A stretch of 64,000 bases of DNA, taken from NCBI GenBank assembly GCA_958295695.1, contig OY282363.1, positions 1,738,225 through 1,802,224 of the forward strand, in the 5' to 3' direction. Numbering within the stretch: the first letter of the stretch is position 1; every line of letters begins with the position of its first letter. Of this stretch, positions 18,449 through 28,592 are shown piece by piece. This DNA comes from an uncultured Alphaproteobacteria bacterium. Its GTDB lineage: Bacteria > Pseudomonadota > Alphaproteobacteria > SP197. The translations under genes were made by a program, and so were the position numbers. The notes beneath the pieces were generated by a model. It searched no databases and was not told the origin of the DNA. It was given only the letters and a program-made list of their open reading frames with translations.

Positions 18449-19075
18449 ATGAAGCGGATGATGATTGCGGCCCTCGCGGCACTGCTGAGCGGCGCGGCCT
18501 CGGCTGAGGACTACGAGGAGATGCGTCCCAAGGACAGCAAGCTGCGCCTCGGCGTCCTCGGGGAAGAAGCGGAGGGCTCGTGGTTTCTGGAGGAAAAGAA
18601 ATCGTTTGGGACGTTCCGCTGCGACTACGGTTATTGGGGCTTCGACGACGATCAGCGGAGCAGGGTCAAGGCCCAATACTGCTGGTCGGACAACGTCTCC
18701 TCTTGGGACGACAGTGGCGGCTACACTGGCGAGGAGGCCGACACGGACGAGTTCCTGGAATGGAACGATGAGACACGCCTTGCCGACAGCAGGGACAACG
18801 CCGAGGAAGGCCCTACCATCGAAACCGTCGTCGGAGATGTTGTCGTACACGCCTTCGACGTGGAGAAGGACACGTCTTGGAAGACCTACAGGGAGTGCAT
18901 GGGGTTTCACATGGTCTGGGGCAAGGGGTACGGCGTATCGCGCAAACTCTACGCCAAGTCGCTGACCTTCTACGCCTGCGACAACGCCACCAGCACCATG
19001 TCGGAGGCCAAGCTCCTCCGCATTCTGTCCAGCTTCAGCATCGAAGGTGAGTTCGACGCGCTGGTAGAGAACTAG
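18449..19075 (+). CDS. Secreted hypothetical protein (signal peptide; acidic, Trp/Cys-containing) carried as IS passenger
   Basis: Start at MKRMMIAALAALLSGAASA (signal peptide) inside ORF 18359..19075. Local GC (~60%) is lower than the window average. It lies inside the IS boundaries. Confidence 0.5.
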   Translation: MKRMMIAALAALLSGAASAEDYEEMRPKDSKLRLGVLGEEAEGSWFLEEKKSFGTFRCDYGYWGFDDDQRSRVKAQYCWSDNVSSWDDSGGYTGEEADTDEFLEWNDETRLADSRDNAEEGPTIETVVGDVVVHAFDVEKDTSWKTYRECMGFHMVWGKGYGVSRKLYAKSLTFYACDNATSTMSEAKLLRILSSFSIEGEFDALVEN

Positions 19076-19078
19076 CCG

Positions 19079-19833
19079 TCAGTCTTCCAGCGCGAGCGGA
19101 ATGGTCTTGTTCAGCTTGGGGAAGGCGCGGTTGAGGTCGCCCTTGAAGCGGTTCCAGTTGGGGGCCGCCCGCATGAGCGCCATGACAGCCGCCGAGTGCT
19201 GGTTGAGCTTGACGTGGCCGGGGTCCGGCGTGAACCATTGATGGTGCGTCGTGCGCCGCCGTCCTGTCGGCAGTGTCGGATTGATCCGCTTCAACTCATC
19301 CAGGACGCCGGGCGCCAAGCGTTCGTAGACGAGATCGTTGGTGTAGTGGCCGATGACGGCGGGGCGCTTGTGGCCGTCCGGGCCGGGCCGTCGCCCTTCG
19401 TGCCCTTGCGAGGCTTGCCACCGATAAAGGTCTCGTCCATCTCGACGATGCCGGCCAGAAGCAACCGGTGCTCGGCTTGGGTCATGGCCCGCTTGATCTG
19501 CATGGCGATCCGCCAGGCCGTGTTCTTGTTCACGTCGAGATCGCGGGAAAGCTGGAGCGCCGACAGGCCCTTCTTGGCGTTCAGCATAAGCATGATCGCC
19601 AGAAACCACTTCTGGAGCGGCAGGTGCGTGCGGTGGAAGATCGTCCCGACCGTCACGCTGAACGAGGTCTTGCAGTCGTAGCAGCGATGGCGGCGGCGTG
19701 CGTCGTTGCTGGGAGCGGTGTTGGCCGACCCGCAATAGGGGCACTTCGGCTCGCCCTTCCACCGTGCCGCCTCAAGATGAGCGACGCAGGATTCTTGGTC
19801 GGGAAACCACTCGAAAATCTGTATGATGTTCAT
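19079..19833 (-). pseudogene. IS1595-family transposase, interrupted by a frameshift near 19385
   Basis: The N-terminal part (ORF 19291..19908 from MNIIQIFEWFPDQESCVAHL...CPYCGS...CYDCKTSFSVTVGTIFHRTHLPLQKWFLAI) and the C-terminal DDE part (ORF 19079..19762) are in different frames. The switch is at a ggcccggcccgg repeat. Confidence 0.7.
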
Positions 19834-19908
19834 CGGCAATCCGTCCTTTCGTGGCGCGTTCGATCCGGTGACAGGATGAACATGACCCCCGATTGGGCGG
19901 ATTATCAA

Positions 19909-19929
19909 GACCCTAAACTAGGAAATTCC
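19909..19929. repeat. IS right terminal inverted repeat
   Basis: gaccctaaactaggaaattcc is the exact reverse complement of 18231..18251. It is flanked by the aacgcgat target duplication. Confidence 0.8.
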
Positions 19930-19942
19930 AAACGCGATTGTG

Positions 19943-22900
19943 TCAGAAAACGGACAGGCGTTCTCGGATTTCTTCCGGGAGGCGCCACGCGCCGAGGCCG
20001 TGGAGCAGGATCTCGTCGAGGTCGCCGGCGAGGTTGACGTTGAGTTCGATCGGATAGCCGTCATGAAAGCCCGGATTGGCCCCGGCGATATGGACGCCGA
20101 GTTCCGCCGCGCCGCCCGCCGCGCGGTCGATGTCGATCGCCAGGGCGCTGAACCGGAAGTCCGACAGGACATCGAGCACTTGTTCCATGTTCTCGTCCAT
20201 CGGGCCGAAGGGCGCTGGCCGTCCGTCCGGAATGTAGCGCAGCAGCCCGGCGGAATCGGCGTCGAGCCGGCCGTGCGCGATGACGATGTCGCCGCCCGTC
20301 ATTCGGACGGGAATGGAGCCCGTCAGTCTCGCGTCGGTCTCGATCCATGGAACGTCGAGGTCGTCCAGCAGCGTCGCGAGGTCGACGCCCTGGATGTCGA
20401 GCAGCGCCTCGTTGCCGTCCGGCGCGAGGCGGAGGACCGAGGGGCGGGCCGCGATGCGCCCGCCGGCGAGCCCGGCGGACGCGGCGTCGACGCGCAGGCT
20501 GCCGTCGCCGGGGAGCGCGAGGGTGACCGCGAGGTCGGTCAGGGGAAGGCCGGCATCGAGCCTTTCGGCCGCGAGCGTCTGTTTCGGCGGGGTCGAGAGC
20601 GGATCGACGTTGGAGAACGTCACCTCGCCTTCGAGGCCCTCGATGGCGACGCCGCCGTTCCGGCCTGACAGGCCGAGAAGGGAGAGCGTGAGGTCCGATG
20701 ACGCGACGCCGTCGTCGATCGCGATCTTCCCATGGAGCTCGACGGCGCCGGAGACCTCCTCCAGAAGGCCGCCATAGAGCGGAGACACCTCGTTCGGCTG
20801 GCTCCCGCCGGGCTCGAACCGGATCGGCGGGACGCGGATCAGCGCGCGAAACAGGTCGTCCGACGGCCGGTAGCTCGACTCCACGTTGGCGAGGAAGCGC
20901 CGGTCGCCCATGTGGAGAGTGCCGTTGAAGCGGACATCGTCGCCCAACGGCCAGACCGGCATGACCGCAACGTCGGCGGCCAGCGGCGCGAAACGGGCGG
21001 GTTCGCGGAGGTCTTCGATGACCCGGATGTCGGCGGTGGCCTGCGGCCAATCCGACAGGCCGTTGTTGTACGTGAAGAGGAGCCGGATATCGGCCAGACG
21101 GAGGTCGGGTCCCTCGACGAGGATGTCGCCGCCCTCGGTTTCGACCGTCCCCTGGAGGTGATGGCGGCCCAGGCTGCCGAACCGGACGCCCATCGACGGC
21201 AGAGTTCCGTCGACAGCCGCGATCGTCCCGCCGTCCTCGATCACGTCGAAACGCACTCCGGCCGGGCCGGTCAGCAGGCGCGCGTCCCAACTCCAGTCCT
21301 CGCCGAAGCGTTCCAGGACCAGCAACGGCAGCAGCTCGGCCTCGAGCTTCACGGAGGTCGCGCGATGCGAGCGGAGACGCGGATGCCGGAGGGTCCGGAT
21401 GTCGATCCAGGCGGTGTCGGCTAGGCGGACGTTGAGGCCGTTGTCCACCAGTTCGAAGTCGAGCGGCAGCTCGGCCAGGACCCCCGTGGCGGCCGTATCG
21501 AGGACGGTCACCGTGTCGGCTTGAAAGAGCGCGACGGGGTCGGCCTCCGCGCGCGTCGCCCCGTCCGCATGGCCGATTCTCAGCGGGAGGTCGAGGACGA
21601 TGGCGGTAGCGTCAGCGCCGGCGGCCGAGAGCGTGTCGAGCCTGGCCCGCAGGCTCGCCGCGCCGTCGAACGCGGCGGGCGCGCCCGCGATACCGCCGGC
21701 GACGCGGATGGCGCCCGTCGCGCTCCGGGGCGCGAGCGCGCCCGAGGCGGCGAACTCGAGCGCGGAAACATCGAAGGCGGCCAGCGCGCCATCGGGAGTC
21801 AGCTCCGCGTCGCCGCGGATGGAAAGCCGGCCGTCGAGGTCCCCGCCGCTCCTCAAGGAAGCGTCCAGGGCCGCCGCGATGGCGATCGACTCGCCCGAGA
21901 CGGTCGCGTCGGCGACGATCCCCTCCGGTGGAAGCGTCAGGTCGAACGGACGGTCGAGAGCCGCCGCGACGATCCCGCCCGCCGCCTCGGGCGGAGGCAG
22001 GCGCGCGCCCAGGATCGCCCCGCCCGGCCGCGCGGTCAGGCGCAGACGCCGCCCGTCCGCGGCGATGTCGAATGACAGCGCCGAGGCCTCGACGGAAAAC
22101 CGGTCGGACAGGGACATGGCCCCGGTCTCCAGGTCGATCCGGCCCGTCAGGGCGATGGCGTGGAGGTCGAGCGGCCGGTCGGGTGGAACGAAGGCCTCGA
22201 ACGAGACGTCCAGGCTCGCGGGGCCATGCAGATCGAGCGAATCGACCATGGGCGGGGTCATGGAGTCGCGAACGGCGAACGCGCCCGTCGCGGCGACGCG
22301 GAGCCGATCCCCGGCCATGCCGGAGACGATCGAGACGGCGGCCGAGAGCGGCGCCTCCTCGACGCCGAAACCGATGTCGGCGACGAACGAGCGGCCGTCC
22401 CACGACCCTTCGGCGGTCAGGCCGCCGAGGTCCGGGCCGCCCGCGGCGACCTCGGCCTCGGCGAGCGAAACGACGACCCTGTCGCGGCCCGAGACGGGGT
22501 CGGGTTCGAGGGACAGGACGCCGGACACGTGGCCGAACGCGCCGTCCACGCGCCATCGGCCGGAGCCCGAGACCGATGCGCCGGTCGATTCCAGGGCGGC
22601 GTCGAGCCGTGCGCGGATCGTGTCGAGCGGATGGACAAGGGCGATCTCGGCGTCCTCGATGACGAGGGCCGCGAAGGGGAGCGGTTCGCGGAGCCCGTTT
22701 CCGTCATCGCGCCGGTTCAGCAATCCGGCCAGAGGAGACGCCGGGACGCCGTCCCCGTCGAAACGGATCGCGAGATCGACGCCGGCGAGGCGCACCGATT
22801 CGACCCGCCCGTCGAGAAGCCGCCACGGACGAAAGGACAGTTCGACGCGGCCGACCGCGCCGGCCCCGGGAACGGAGACGCCGGTCAGCACCATGCGGCC

Positions 22901-23086
22901 GGTTTCGACCTCGGTCACGGTGTAGGCGGCGCCGGCCAGGGGCGTCCCGGAGATCCCGAGGCGCACCAGCCGGTCCGCGATCTCGTGGCGCGCGGCGAAC
23001 CAGACCGCCGCGACCGCGACCGCCGCGGCGACCGCCAGGATCGAAAGACGGCGGATCGGCCCCGGGAGAGGGCGGAGGAAGAACAC
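19943..23086 (-). CDS. ydbH: YdbH-like AsmA-family protein (DUF940, intermembrane transport-like)
   Basis: 1047 aa with a single N-terminal TM helix, a long repetitive Ala/Gly/Asp-rich body and a YdbH-type C-terminus. It lies upstream of the ynbE-ydbL pair, matching the ydbH-ynbE-ydbL operon organisation of E. coli. Confidence 0.6.
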   Translation of the reverse strand: MFFLRPLPGPIRRLSILAVAAAVAVAAVWFAARHEIADRLVRLGISGTPLAGAAYTVTEVETGRMVLTGVSVPGAGAVGRVELSFRPWRLLDGRVESVRLAGVDLAIRFDGDGVPASPLAGLLNRRDDGNGLREPLPFAALVIEDAEIALVHPLDTIRARLDAALESTGASVSGSGRWRVDGAFGHVSGVLSLEPDPVSGRDRVVVSLAEAEVAAGGPDLGGLTAEGSWDGRSFVADIGFGVEEAPLSAAVSIVSGMAGDRLRVAATGAFAVRDSMTPPMVDSLDLHGPASLDVSFEAFVPPDRPLDLHAIALTGRIDLETGAMSLSDRFSVEASALSFDIAADGRRLRLTARPGGAILGARLPPPEAAGGIVAAALDRPFDLTLPPEGIVADATVSGESIAIAAALDASLRSGGDLDGRLSIRGDAELTPDGALAAFDVSALEFAASGALAPRSATGAIRVAGGIAGAPAAFDGAASLRARLDTLSAAGADATAIVLDLPLRIGHADGATRAEADPVALFQADTVTVLDTAATGVLAELPLDFELVDNGLNVRLADTAWIDIRTLRHPRLRSHRATSVKLEAELLPLLVLERFGEDWSWDARLLTGPAGVRFDVIEDGGTIAAVDGTLPSMGVRFGSLGRHHLQGTVETEGGDILVEGPDLRLADIRLLFTYNNGLSDWPQATADIRVIEDLREPARFAPLAADVAVMPVWPLGDDVRFNGTLHMGDRRFLANVESSYRPSDDLFRALIRVPPIRFEPGGSQPNEVSPLYGGLLEEVSGAVELHGKIAIDDGVASSDLTLSLLGLSGRNGGVAIEGLEGEVTFSNVDPLSTPPKQTLAAERLDAGLPLTDLAVTLALPGDGSLRVDAASAGLAGGRIAARPSVLRLAPDGNEALLDIQGVDLATLLDDLDVPWIETDARLTGSIPVRMTGGDIVIAHGRLDADSAGLLRYIPDGRPAPFGPMDENMEQVLDVLSDFRFSALAIDIDRAAGGAAELGVHIAGANPGFHDGYPIELNVNLAGDLDEILLHGLGAWRLPEEIRERLSVF

Positions 23087-23190
23087 CCCGTTATTCTAGC
23101 CCGGATCGCGTCCGGTTCCGTCAACCGGAATTCGCGCCGCGAGGTGGACCGTGACGCATTGGCGGGTGGGAACGATCGCGGTCCGCCCTC

Positions 23191-23988
23191 TCAGCCCAGC
23201 GCCTTGGCGACGGCGCGCTTGGCCATCACGGTGACGAGATGGGCGCGGTAGTCGGCGGCGGCGTGGATGTCGCTGTTGAGGCCGTCTTCGGGGATCGCGA
23301 TGCCGGCCACGGCGTCGGGGGAGAAGTCGCGCGTCAGGGCCTCTTCCATTTCGCGCACGCGGAACACGCAAGGGCCGGCGCCCGTGACCGCGACCCTCAT
23401 GCCCGCTCCGGTGTCGGCCACGAACACGCCGACGATCGCGTAACGCGAGGCCGGGTTCGGGAACTTCATGTAGGCGGCGCGGCGGGGCTTCGGGAAGGCC
23501 ACGGCCGTCACGAGCTCGCCCTCCTCCAGCGCGGTCTCGAAGAGATCGGGGAAGAAGCCGTCGGCCGGGACCGCGCGCCTGTCGGTGGTGACTGTGGCCC
23601 CGAGTCCGACCAGGGCGGCCGGATAGTCGGCCGCCGGATCGGCGTTCGCGATCGACCCGCCGATCGTTCCGCGGTTGCGCACCTGGAAATCGCCGATCAT
23701 GCCCGCGAGCTCGGCGAGCGCCGGGATGGCCGCCCCGCACCCGGGCGAGCGCGCGACATCGGCGTGACGCGCGCCGGCGCCGACGACGACCGCGCCGTCC
23801 TCCACACGGACGCCCTTCAGCGCCTCGATGTGGGCGATGTCGATGAGGTCGGTGGGCGCGGCGAGGCGCAGCTTCATCGTGGGCAGGAGCGTGTGGCCGC
23901 CCGAGAGGTAGCGCGGATCCTCGCACTCGCCGAACAGGCGGGCGGCGGCGTCGAGCGTGTCGGGACGGTGGTACCGGAACGCGTACAT
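23191..23988 (-). CDS. coxM: Xanthine-dehydrogenase-family FAD-binding subunit (CoxM-like medium subunit)
   Basis: 265 aa. FAD-binding PCMH domain motifs (LSGGHTLLP; [19 protein letters not shown]). Confidence 0.85.
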   Translation of the reverse strand: MYAFRYHRPDTLDAAARLFGECEDPRYLSGGHTLLPTMKLRLAAPTDLIDIAHIEALKGVRVEDGAVVVGAGARHADVARSPGCGAAIPALAELAGMIGDFQVRNRGTIGGSIANADPAADYPAALVGLGATVTTDRRAVPADGFFPDLFETALEEGELVTAVAFPKPRRAAYMKFPNPASRYAIVGVFVADTGAGMRVAVTGAGPCVFRVREMEEALTRDFSPDAVAGIAIPEDGLNSDIHAAADYRAHLVTVMAKRAVAKALG

Positions 23989-23991
23989 CGT

Positions 23992-24471
<480 letters not shown>

Positions 24472-24540
24472 GGCAAGCTCCCCGATGGCCCCGAGGCCCG
24501 CAGTCTCGAAGCGCGCCGGCCCGCGGTCAAGCCCGCGCGG

Positions 24541-25155
24541 TCACTGCGCGACCGCGCCGGCGACCAGCAGGACGAGGAGCGCCAGGCCGATGAAGCCGAA
24601 CCACAGGTTCTCGAAACTGGCCTCGGCCGGCGCGCCGTAGACGGGCCGCGGAGGCGGACGCCCGTTCGCCGCCGGGGCCTCGGCCGTCGCGGCGGGCTCC
24701 TCCCCGGTCCGCGACGGTTGCGCCACCAGGTCGTCGAGGGCGCCGAAGAAGCGGTCCGCGATCTTGCGCGCGCTGCCTTCGACCAGACGGGCGCCGACCT
24801 GAGCCAGCTTGCCGCCGACCTGGCCTTCGGCTTCGTAGCGCAGGACGGTCGCCGCGCCGTCGGCCTCCAGCGTGACGCGCGCGCCGCCCTTGGCGAAACC
24901 CGCGACGCCGCCCTGGCCTTCGCCCGAGATGGTGTAGGCGTTGGGCGGATCGAGGTCCGACAGGGCGACCCGGCCCCTGAAGGTCGCCGAGACGGGACCG
25001 ATGCGCGCTGTCACCCTGGCGGCGAAGGCGGTGGCGGACTCCTTCTCGATCTCCCGGCAGCCGGGAATCGCCCGCTTGAGCACCTCGGGATCGTTGAGGG
25101 CGCGCCACACCGCCTCGCGAGGAGCCTCGATTCTGTGTTCGCCGGTCAGATTCAT
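24541..25155 (-). CDS. coxG: CoxG-like SRPBCC (carbon monoxide dehydrogenase subunit G) protein with C-terminal TM anchor
   Basis: Start at [20 protein letters not shown]. CoxG family, ending in a hydrophobic helix ([18 protein letters not shown]). Confidence 0.8.
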   Translation of the reverse strand: MNLTGEHRIEAPREAVWRALNDPEVLKRAIPGCREIEKESATAFAARVTARIGPVSATFRGRVALSDLDPPNAYTISGEGQGGVAGFAKGGARVTLEADGAATVLRYEAEGQVGGKLAQVGARLVEGSARKIADRFFGALDDLVAQPSRTGEEPAATAEAPAANGRPPPRPVYGAPAEASFENLWFGFIGLALLVLLVAGAVAQ

Positions 25156-25178
25156 CGGCGTCTCCCTGGGCGGACGGC

Positions 25179-26876
25179 CTAGCCGCCGCGGATGAGGTGG
25201 ACGATCAGCACGATCGCGAGCACCAGCACGATGGCGAGCGACGCGGCGCTCATCGCGGGGTCGCGCGCAAACAGACCCCGTGGGCCGTTCCAGCGCAAGG
25301 CCAGACCGATCGCGCCTTGGACCAGGTCGTGCGCGGCGGCCCCGAGCGGCGCGCCGGCGTCCGCCAGGAGGCGCCGGCCCCGTCGCGCCAGGCGCGGCAG
25401 CAGCCAGCGGTAGGTCCACTCCGCGTCGATATTCACGCCGGGCAGCTCGGGAGGATAGAGCCGGTGGAGCTTCAGCAGCGTGAAGGCGAGCGCGGAGAAG
25501 AAGAGGAGCTGGCACTGGGTCACCACATGCGGCCACGTGTAGGGCGCGTAGTCCACCGCATGGGGCAGCAGACCGTAGAGGAGATCCGGATAGACGCCGT
25601 TGAAGACGCAGACGAAGGCGGCGACCGCCATGGCGATCAGCATGGCCGGGGGCGCTTCCTTCGGCCGCAGGCCGGAATCGTGGGCGAAGAAGGCGAAGAA
25701 CGGGATCTTGATCCCGGCGTGGTGGAAAACGCCCGCCGAGGCGAACAGCAGCGCCAGCCAGATCCAGTCGTGACCCTCCTCGAGGGCGGCCGCCATGATC
25801 ATGGACTTCGAGACGAAGCCGGAGAACAGCGGGAAGGCCGAGATCGAGGCCGCGCCGACGATACAGAAGCCGGTCGTCATCGGCATGGTCTTGTAGAGGC
25901 CGCCGAGTTCCGAGCCGCCCATCCTGCCGGTGCGGAACAGCACCGCGCCCATGGTCATGAACAGGAGGCCCTTGAAGATCACGTCGTTGAAGGCGTGGCC
26001 GACGGCGCCGTTGATCGCCATCTCCGTGCCGATGCCGATGCCGACCACCATGAAGCCCAGCTGGTTGATCATGCTGTAGGCCAGAACCCGGCGGAGGTCG
26101 TTCTCGATCACGGCGTAGAAGATCGGGAACAGGGCCATCGCCGCGCCGATCGCGATCAGCTCCTCGGTTCCGGGGAACAGGCGGGCGAGCGCGTAGATCG
26201 CGACCTTGGTCGTGAACGCGCTCATCAGCACGGCGCCGGTCGCCGTCGTCTCGGGATAGGCCTCCGTGATCCAGCCGTGAAGCAGCGGGAAGCCGCACTT
26301 GACGCCCAGCGCGAGGAACAGGAGCCAGGCGGCCATGCCGTCGAGCTCGAGCGGAGCGAGGGCGAGGTCGCCGCCCTGCGCCGAAAGCACGACGACGCCG
26401 GCCAGCATCAGCAGGCCCGACGCGACCTGGATGACGAGATAGCGGATCGCCGTGCGTTCCGCCGAACGGGTCCGGCGCGCCAGGATGAGGAAGGCCGAGG
26501 TGAGCGCGAGGCCCTCCCAGAACAGGAAAAGCGCGACGAGATCCCCGGCGAACACCGCGCCGAGGGCGCATCCGGCGTAGGCGAGCGCCGCGGTGTGCTG
26601 CATGCGGTCGCGGGTGTGCAGGCTGTAGAGGCCCGCGATCAGCGCCGCCAGATGGAACAGCCAGCCGAACAGGGACGAAAGACGGTCGACGCTGACGAGG
26701 GTCACGTCGTGCGCGAGGAGCCCGGCCGTCAGGACAACGCCGGGATCGAGGAACCAGAGGTTGACCACGCCCACGACCGGCGTCGCGACCATGACCGCGC
26801 CGCGGACGGAACCGCGGGTGACGGCGGCGAGCGCGGCGCCGGCGAAGAAGACGAGGAAGGGCGCGACGCTAGTCAT
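25179..26876 (-). CDS. MrpD/NuoN-like proton-conducting membrane transporter subunit (copy 1)
   Basis: 565 aa polytopic membrane protein of the complex-I antiporter-like (NuoL/M/N, MrpA/D) family. Confidence 0.8.
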   Translation of the reverse strand: MTSVAPFLVFFAGAALAAVTRGSVRGAVMVATPVVGVVNLWFLDPGVVLTAGLLAHDVTLVSVDRLSSLFGWLFHLAALIAGLYSLHTRDRMQHTAALAYAGCALGAVFAGDLVALFLFWEGLALTSAFLILARRTRSAERTAIRYLVIQVASGLLMLAGVVVLSAQGGDLALAPLELDGMAAWLLFLALGVKCGFPLLHGWITEAYPETTATGAVLMSAFTTKVAIYALARLFPGTEELIAIGAAMALFPIFYAVIENDLRRVLAYSMINQLGFMVVGIGIGTEMAINGAVGHAFNDVIFKGLLFMTMGAVLFRTGRMGGSELGGLYKTMPMTTGFCIVGAASISAFPLFSGFVSKSMIMAAALEEGHDWIWLALLFASAGVFHHAGIKIPFFAFFAHDSGLRPKEAPPAMLIAMAVAAFVCVFNGVYPDLLYGLLPHAVDYAPYTWPHVVTQCQLLFFSALAFTLLKLHRLYPPELPGVNIDAEWTYRWLLPRLARRGRRLLADAGAPLGAAAHDLVQGAIGLALRWNGPRGLFARDPAMSAASLAIVLVLAIVLIVHLIRGG

Positions 26877-27117
26877 CGTAATGGTCTTCCCCGCGCATGA
26901 CCGCCTTGCGCAGTTCCTTGGCGGCGAGGACGAGGATGACGCAGGCGACGAGGCCGTAGACCGCGTAGAACCCCGGCAGCGTTTCCCAGGGATGGTCGAT
27001 GTGCCGGTGGACGACGAAATCGGCCGCGAAAACGATGGCGCAGACGGCGTAGAGCGCCCGGATCGCTCGTTTCACGTTCTTCGGGTTGTCGAACAGGTGG
27101 GTTTTCTTGTCGTTCAT
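26869..27117 (-). CDS. Small hypothetical membrane protein within the Mrp-like operon
   Basis: 82 aa (MNDKKTHLFDNPKNVKRAIRALYAVCAIVFAADFVV...) with one or two TM segments. Its start and stop overlap the flanking antiporter genes. Confidence 0.35.
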   Translation of the reverse strand: MNDKKTHLFDNPKNVKRAIRALYAVCAIVFAADFVVHRHIDHPWETLPGFYAVYGLVACVILVLAAKELRKAVMRGEDHYDD

Positions 27118-28592
27118 GGGCTTGCTCCGGACGGGCCTTCCAGGAGGCCGATCAGCGGGTCGGAGAAGAGGAACAGGGCGAAGCAGCCGAGGGTCGTGAA
27201 CGCGATGGCGGCCAGGCAGGGAAGCGGCGCCTCCCTGACGCCCGGGGCCGCGCCCTCCGGCGGGGCGCGCAGGAAGGCGCGCACGGGGATCGGCAGCAGG
27301 TAGACGATATTGAGCAGGGTGCTCAGGCCGAGCACCGCGACCAGGACGGCCCGGTCGGCCTCGATCGCGCCCTCGACGATGAGCCACTTGCTCAAGATCC
27401 CGCCCAGGGGGGGCAGCCCGACGATGCTGAGCGCGCCGATCGCGAAGGCCGTCATCGTGACGGGCATCGCGCGGCCCAGCCCGTCGAGCTGCGAGACCTC
27501 GGTCTTGTGGGCCGCCACCAGGATGGCGCCGGCGCAGAAGAACAGCGTGATCTTTCCGAAGGCGTGGGTCGCGATATGGAGACCGCCGCCCAGGAACCCC
27601 GCCTGCCCGGCGAGCAGCGCGGCGAGCACGATGTAGGAAAGCTGGCTCACGGTGGAATACGCCAGCCGGGCCTTGAGGTTGTCCTTGGTCATCGCCACGA
27701 GCGAGGCCGCGACGATGGTGAAGGCCGCGCACCACAGCAGCGCGTCGGTCATCGCGAGGTCGCGCAGGAGGTCGAAGCCGAAGATGAACGCGGCCACCTT
27801 GAGAATGGCGAAGGCGCCGGCCTTCACCACCGCCACGGCGTGGAGCAGCGCGCTCACGGGCGTCGGCGCCACCATCGCGGCGGGCAGCCAGCGGTGGAAG
27901 GGCATGATGGCGGCCTTGCCGACCCCGAAGACATAGAGCGCGAGCAGCGCGCCCGCCGCGACGCCGCCGACCTCGCCGTCGATCACGCCGCCCGGCGTGA
28001 AATCGAGCGTGCCCGCGACGGCGTAGGTGCCCGCGATGGCGAGAAGCTGCAGGCCGATGGAAGTTCCCAGCAGGACGCCGAGGTAGGTCCTGGCGCCGCG
28101 CCGCGCCTCCGGCGTGCCGGCGTGGGCCACGAGCGGGAAGGTGGCGAGCGTCAGGGCCTCGTAGAAGACGAACAGCGTCAGCATGTTCCCGGCGAAGGCC
28201 ACGCCCATGGTCGAGGCGATGCTGATGGCGAAGAAGGCGTAGAAGCGCGTCTGGTCGCTCTCGCGGTGAGCGCGCATGTAACCGATGGAATAGACCGTGG
28301 TGACGACCCAGAGCCCGCTGGCGACCAGCGCGAACAGCATGCCGAGCGGCTCGACATCGAGGCTCAGCGGGAGCCCCGTCAGGGGTTCGGCCAGCGTCAG
28401 GCGGATCCGCTCGCCCGCCTCCAGGGCGGCGGCGGCCAGGGCGACGACGCAGAACAGGACGATCCCGCTGGCCAGGCTGACGCCTTCGCGCACGTTGGGC
28501 CGGCGCCGGGCCAGGAGAATCCCGACCGCGCCCGCCAGCGGCGTCGCGATGGCGGCGGCGGCGAGCCAGCCGGGATCGGGGAGGCCGTTCAC
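27114..28592 (-). CDS. MrpD/NuoN-like subunit (copy 2)
   Basis: GTG start at 28592 overlaps the upstream stop by 4 bp. NuoL/M/N-family membrane protein. Confidence 0.75.
   Translation of the reverse strand: MNGLPDPGWLAAAAIATPLAGAVGILLARRRPNVREGVSLASGIVLFCVVALAAAALEAGERIRLTLAEPLTGLPLSLDVEPLGMLFALVASGLWVVTTVYSIGYMRAHRESDQTRFYAFFAISIASTMGVAFAGNMLTLFVFYEALTLATFPLVAHAGTPEARRGARTYLGVLLGTSIGLQLLAIAGTYAVAGTLDFTPGGVIDGEVGGVAAGALLALYVFGVGKAAIMPFHRWLPAAMVAPTPVSALLHAVAVVKAGAFAILKVAAFIFGFDLLRDLAMTDALLWCAAFTIVAASLVAMTKDNLKARLAYSTVSQLSYIVLAALLAGQAGFLGGGLHIATHAFGKITLFFCAGAILVAAHKTEVSQLDGLGRAMPVTMTAFAIGALSIVGLPPLGGILSKWLIVEGAIEADRAVLVAVLGLSTLLNIVYLLPIPVRAFLRAPPEGAAPGVREAPLPCLAAIAFTTLGCFALFLFSDPLIGLLEGPSGASP

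Larger units (their letters stand above)
18231..19929. mobile_element. IS1595-family insertion sequence carrying a passenger gene; frameshifted transposase
   Basis: 21-bp perfect terminal inverted repeats (ggaatttcctagtttagggtc at 18231..18251, and its reverse complement at 19909..19929). 8-bp direct duplication aacgcgat at 18222..18229 and 19931..19938. The internal IS1595-type transposase has a zinc-ribbon N-terminus and an ISXO2-like DDE C-terminus. Confidence 0.7.

Noticed and set aside
18239-18910. 223-aa ORF antisense to the IS passenger gene
   Set aside because: No signal or family features. It is the mirror frame of the better-supported signal-peptide protein.
19291-19908. Possible programmed -1 frameshift in the IS transposase
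   Set aside because: IS1595-family transposases are normally single ORFs. The shift lies in a short direct repeat (ggcccggcccgg), consistent with an indel, so it is called a pseudogene or sequencing indel instead.
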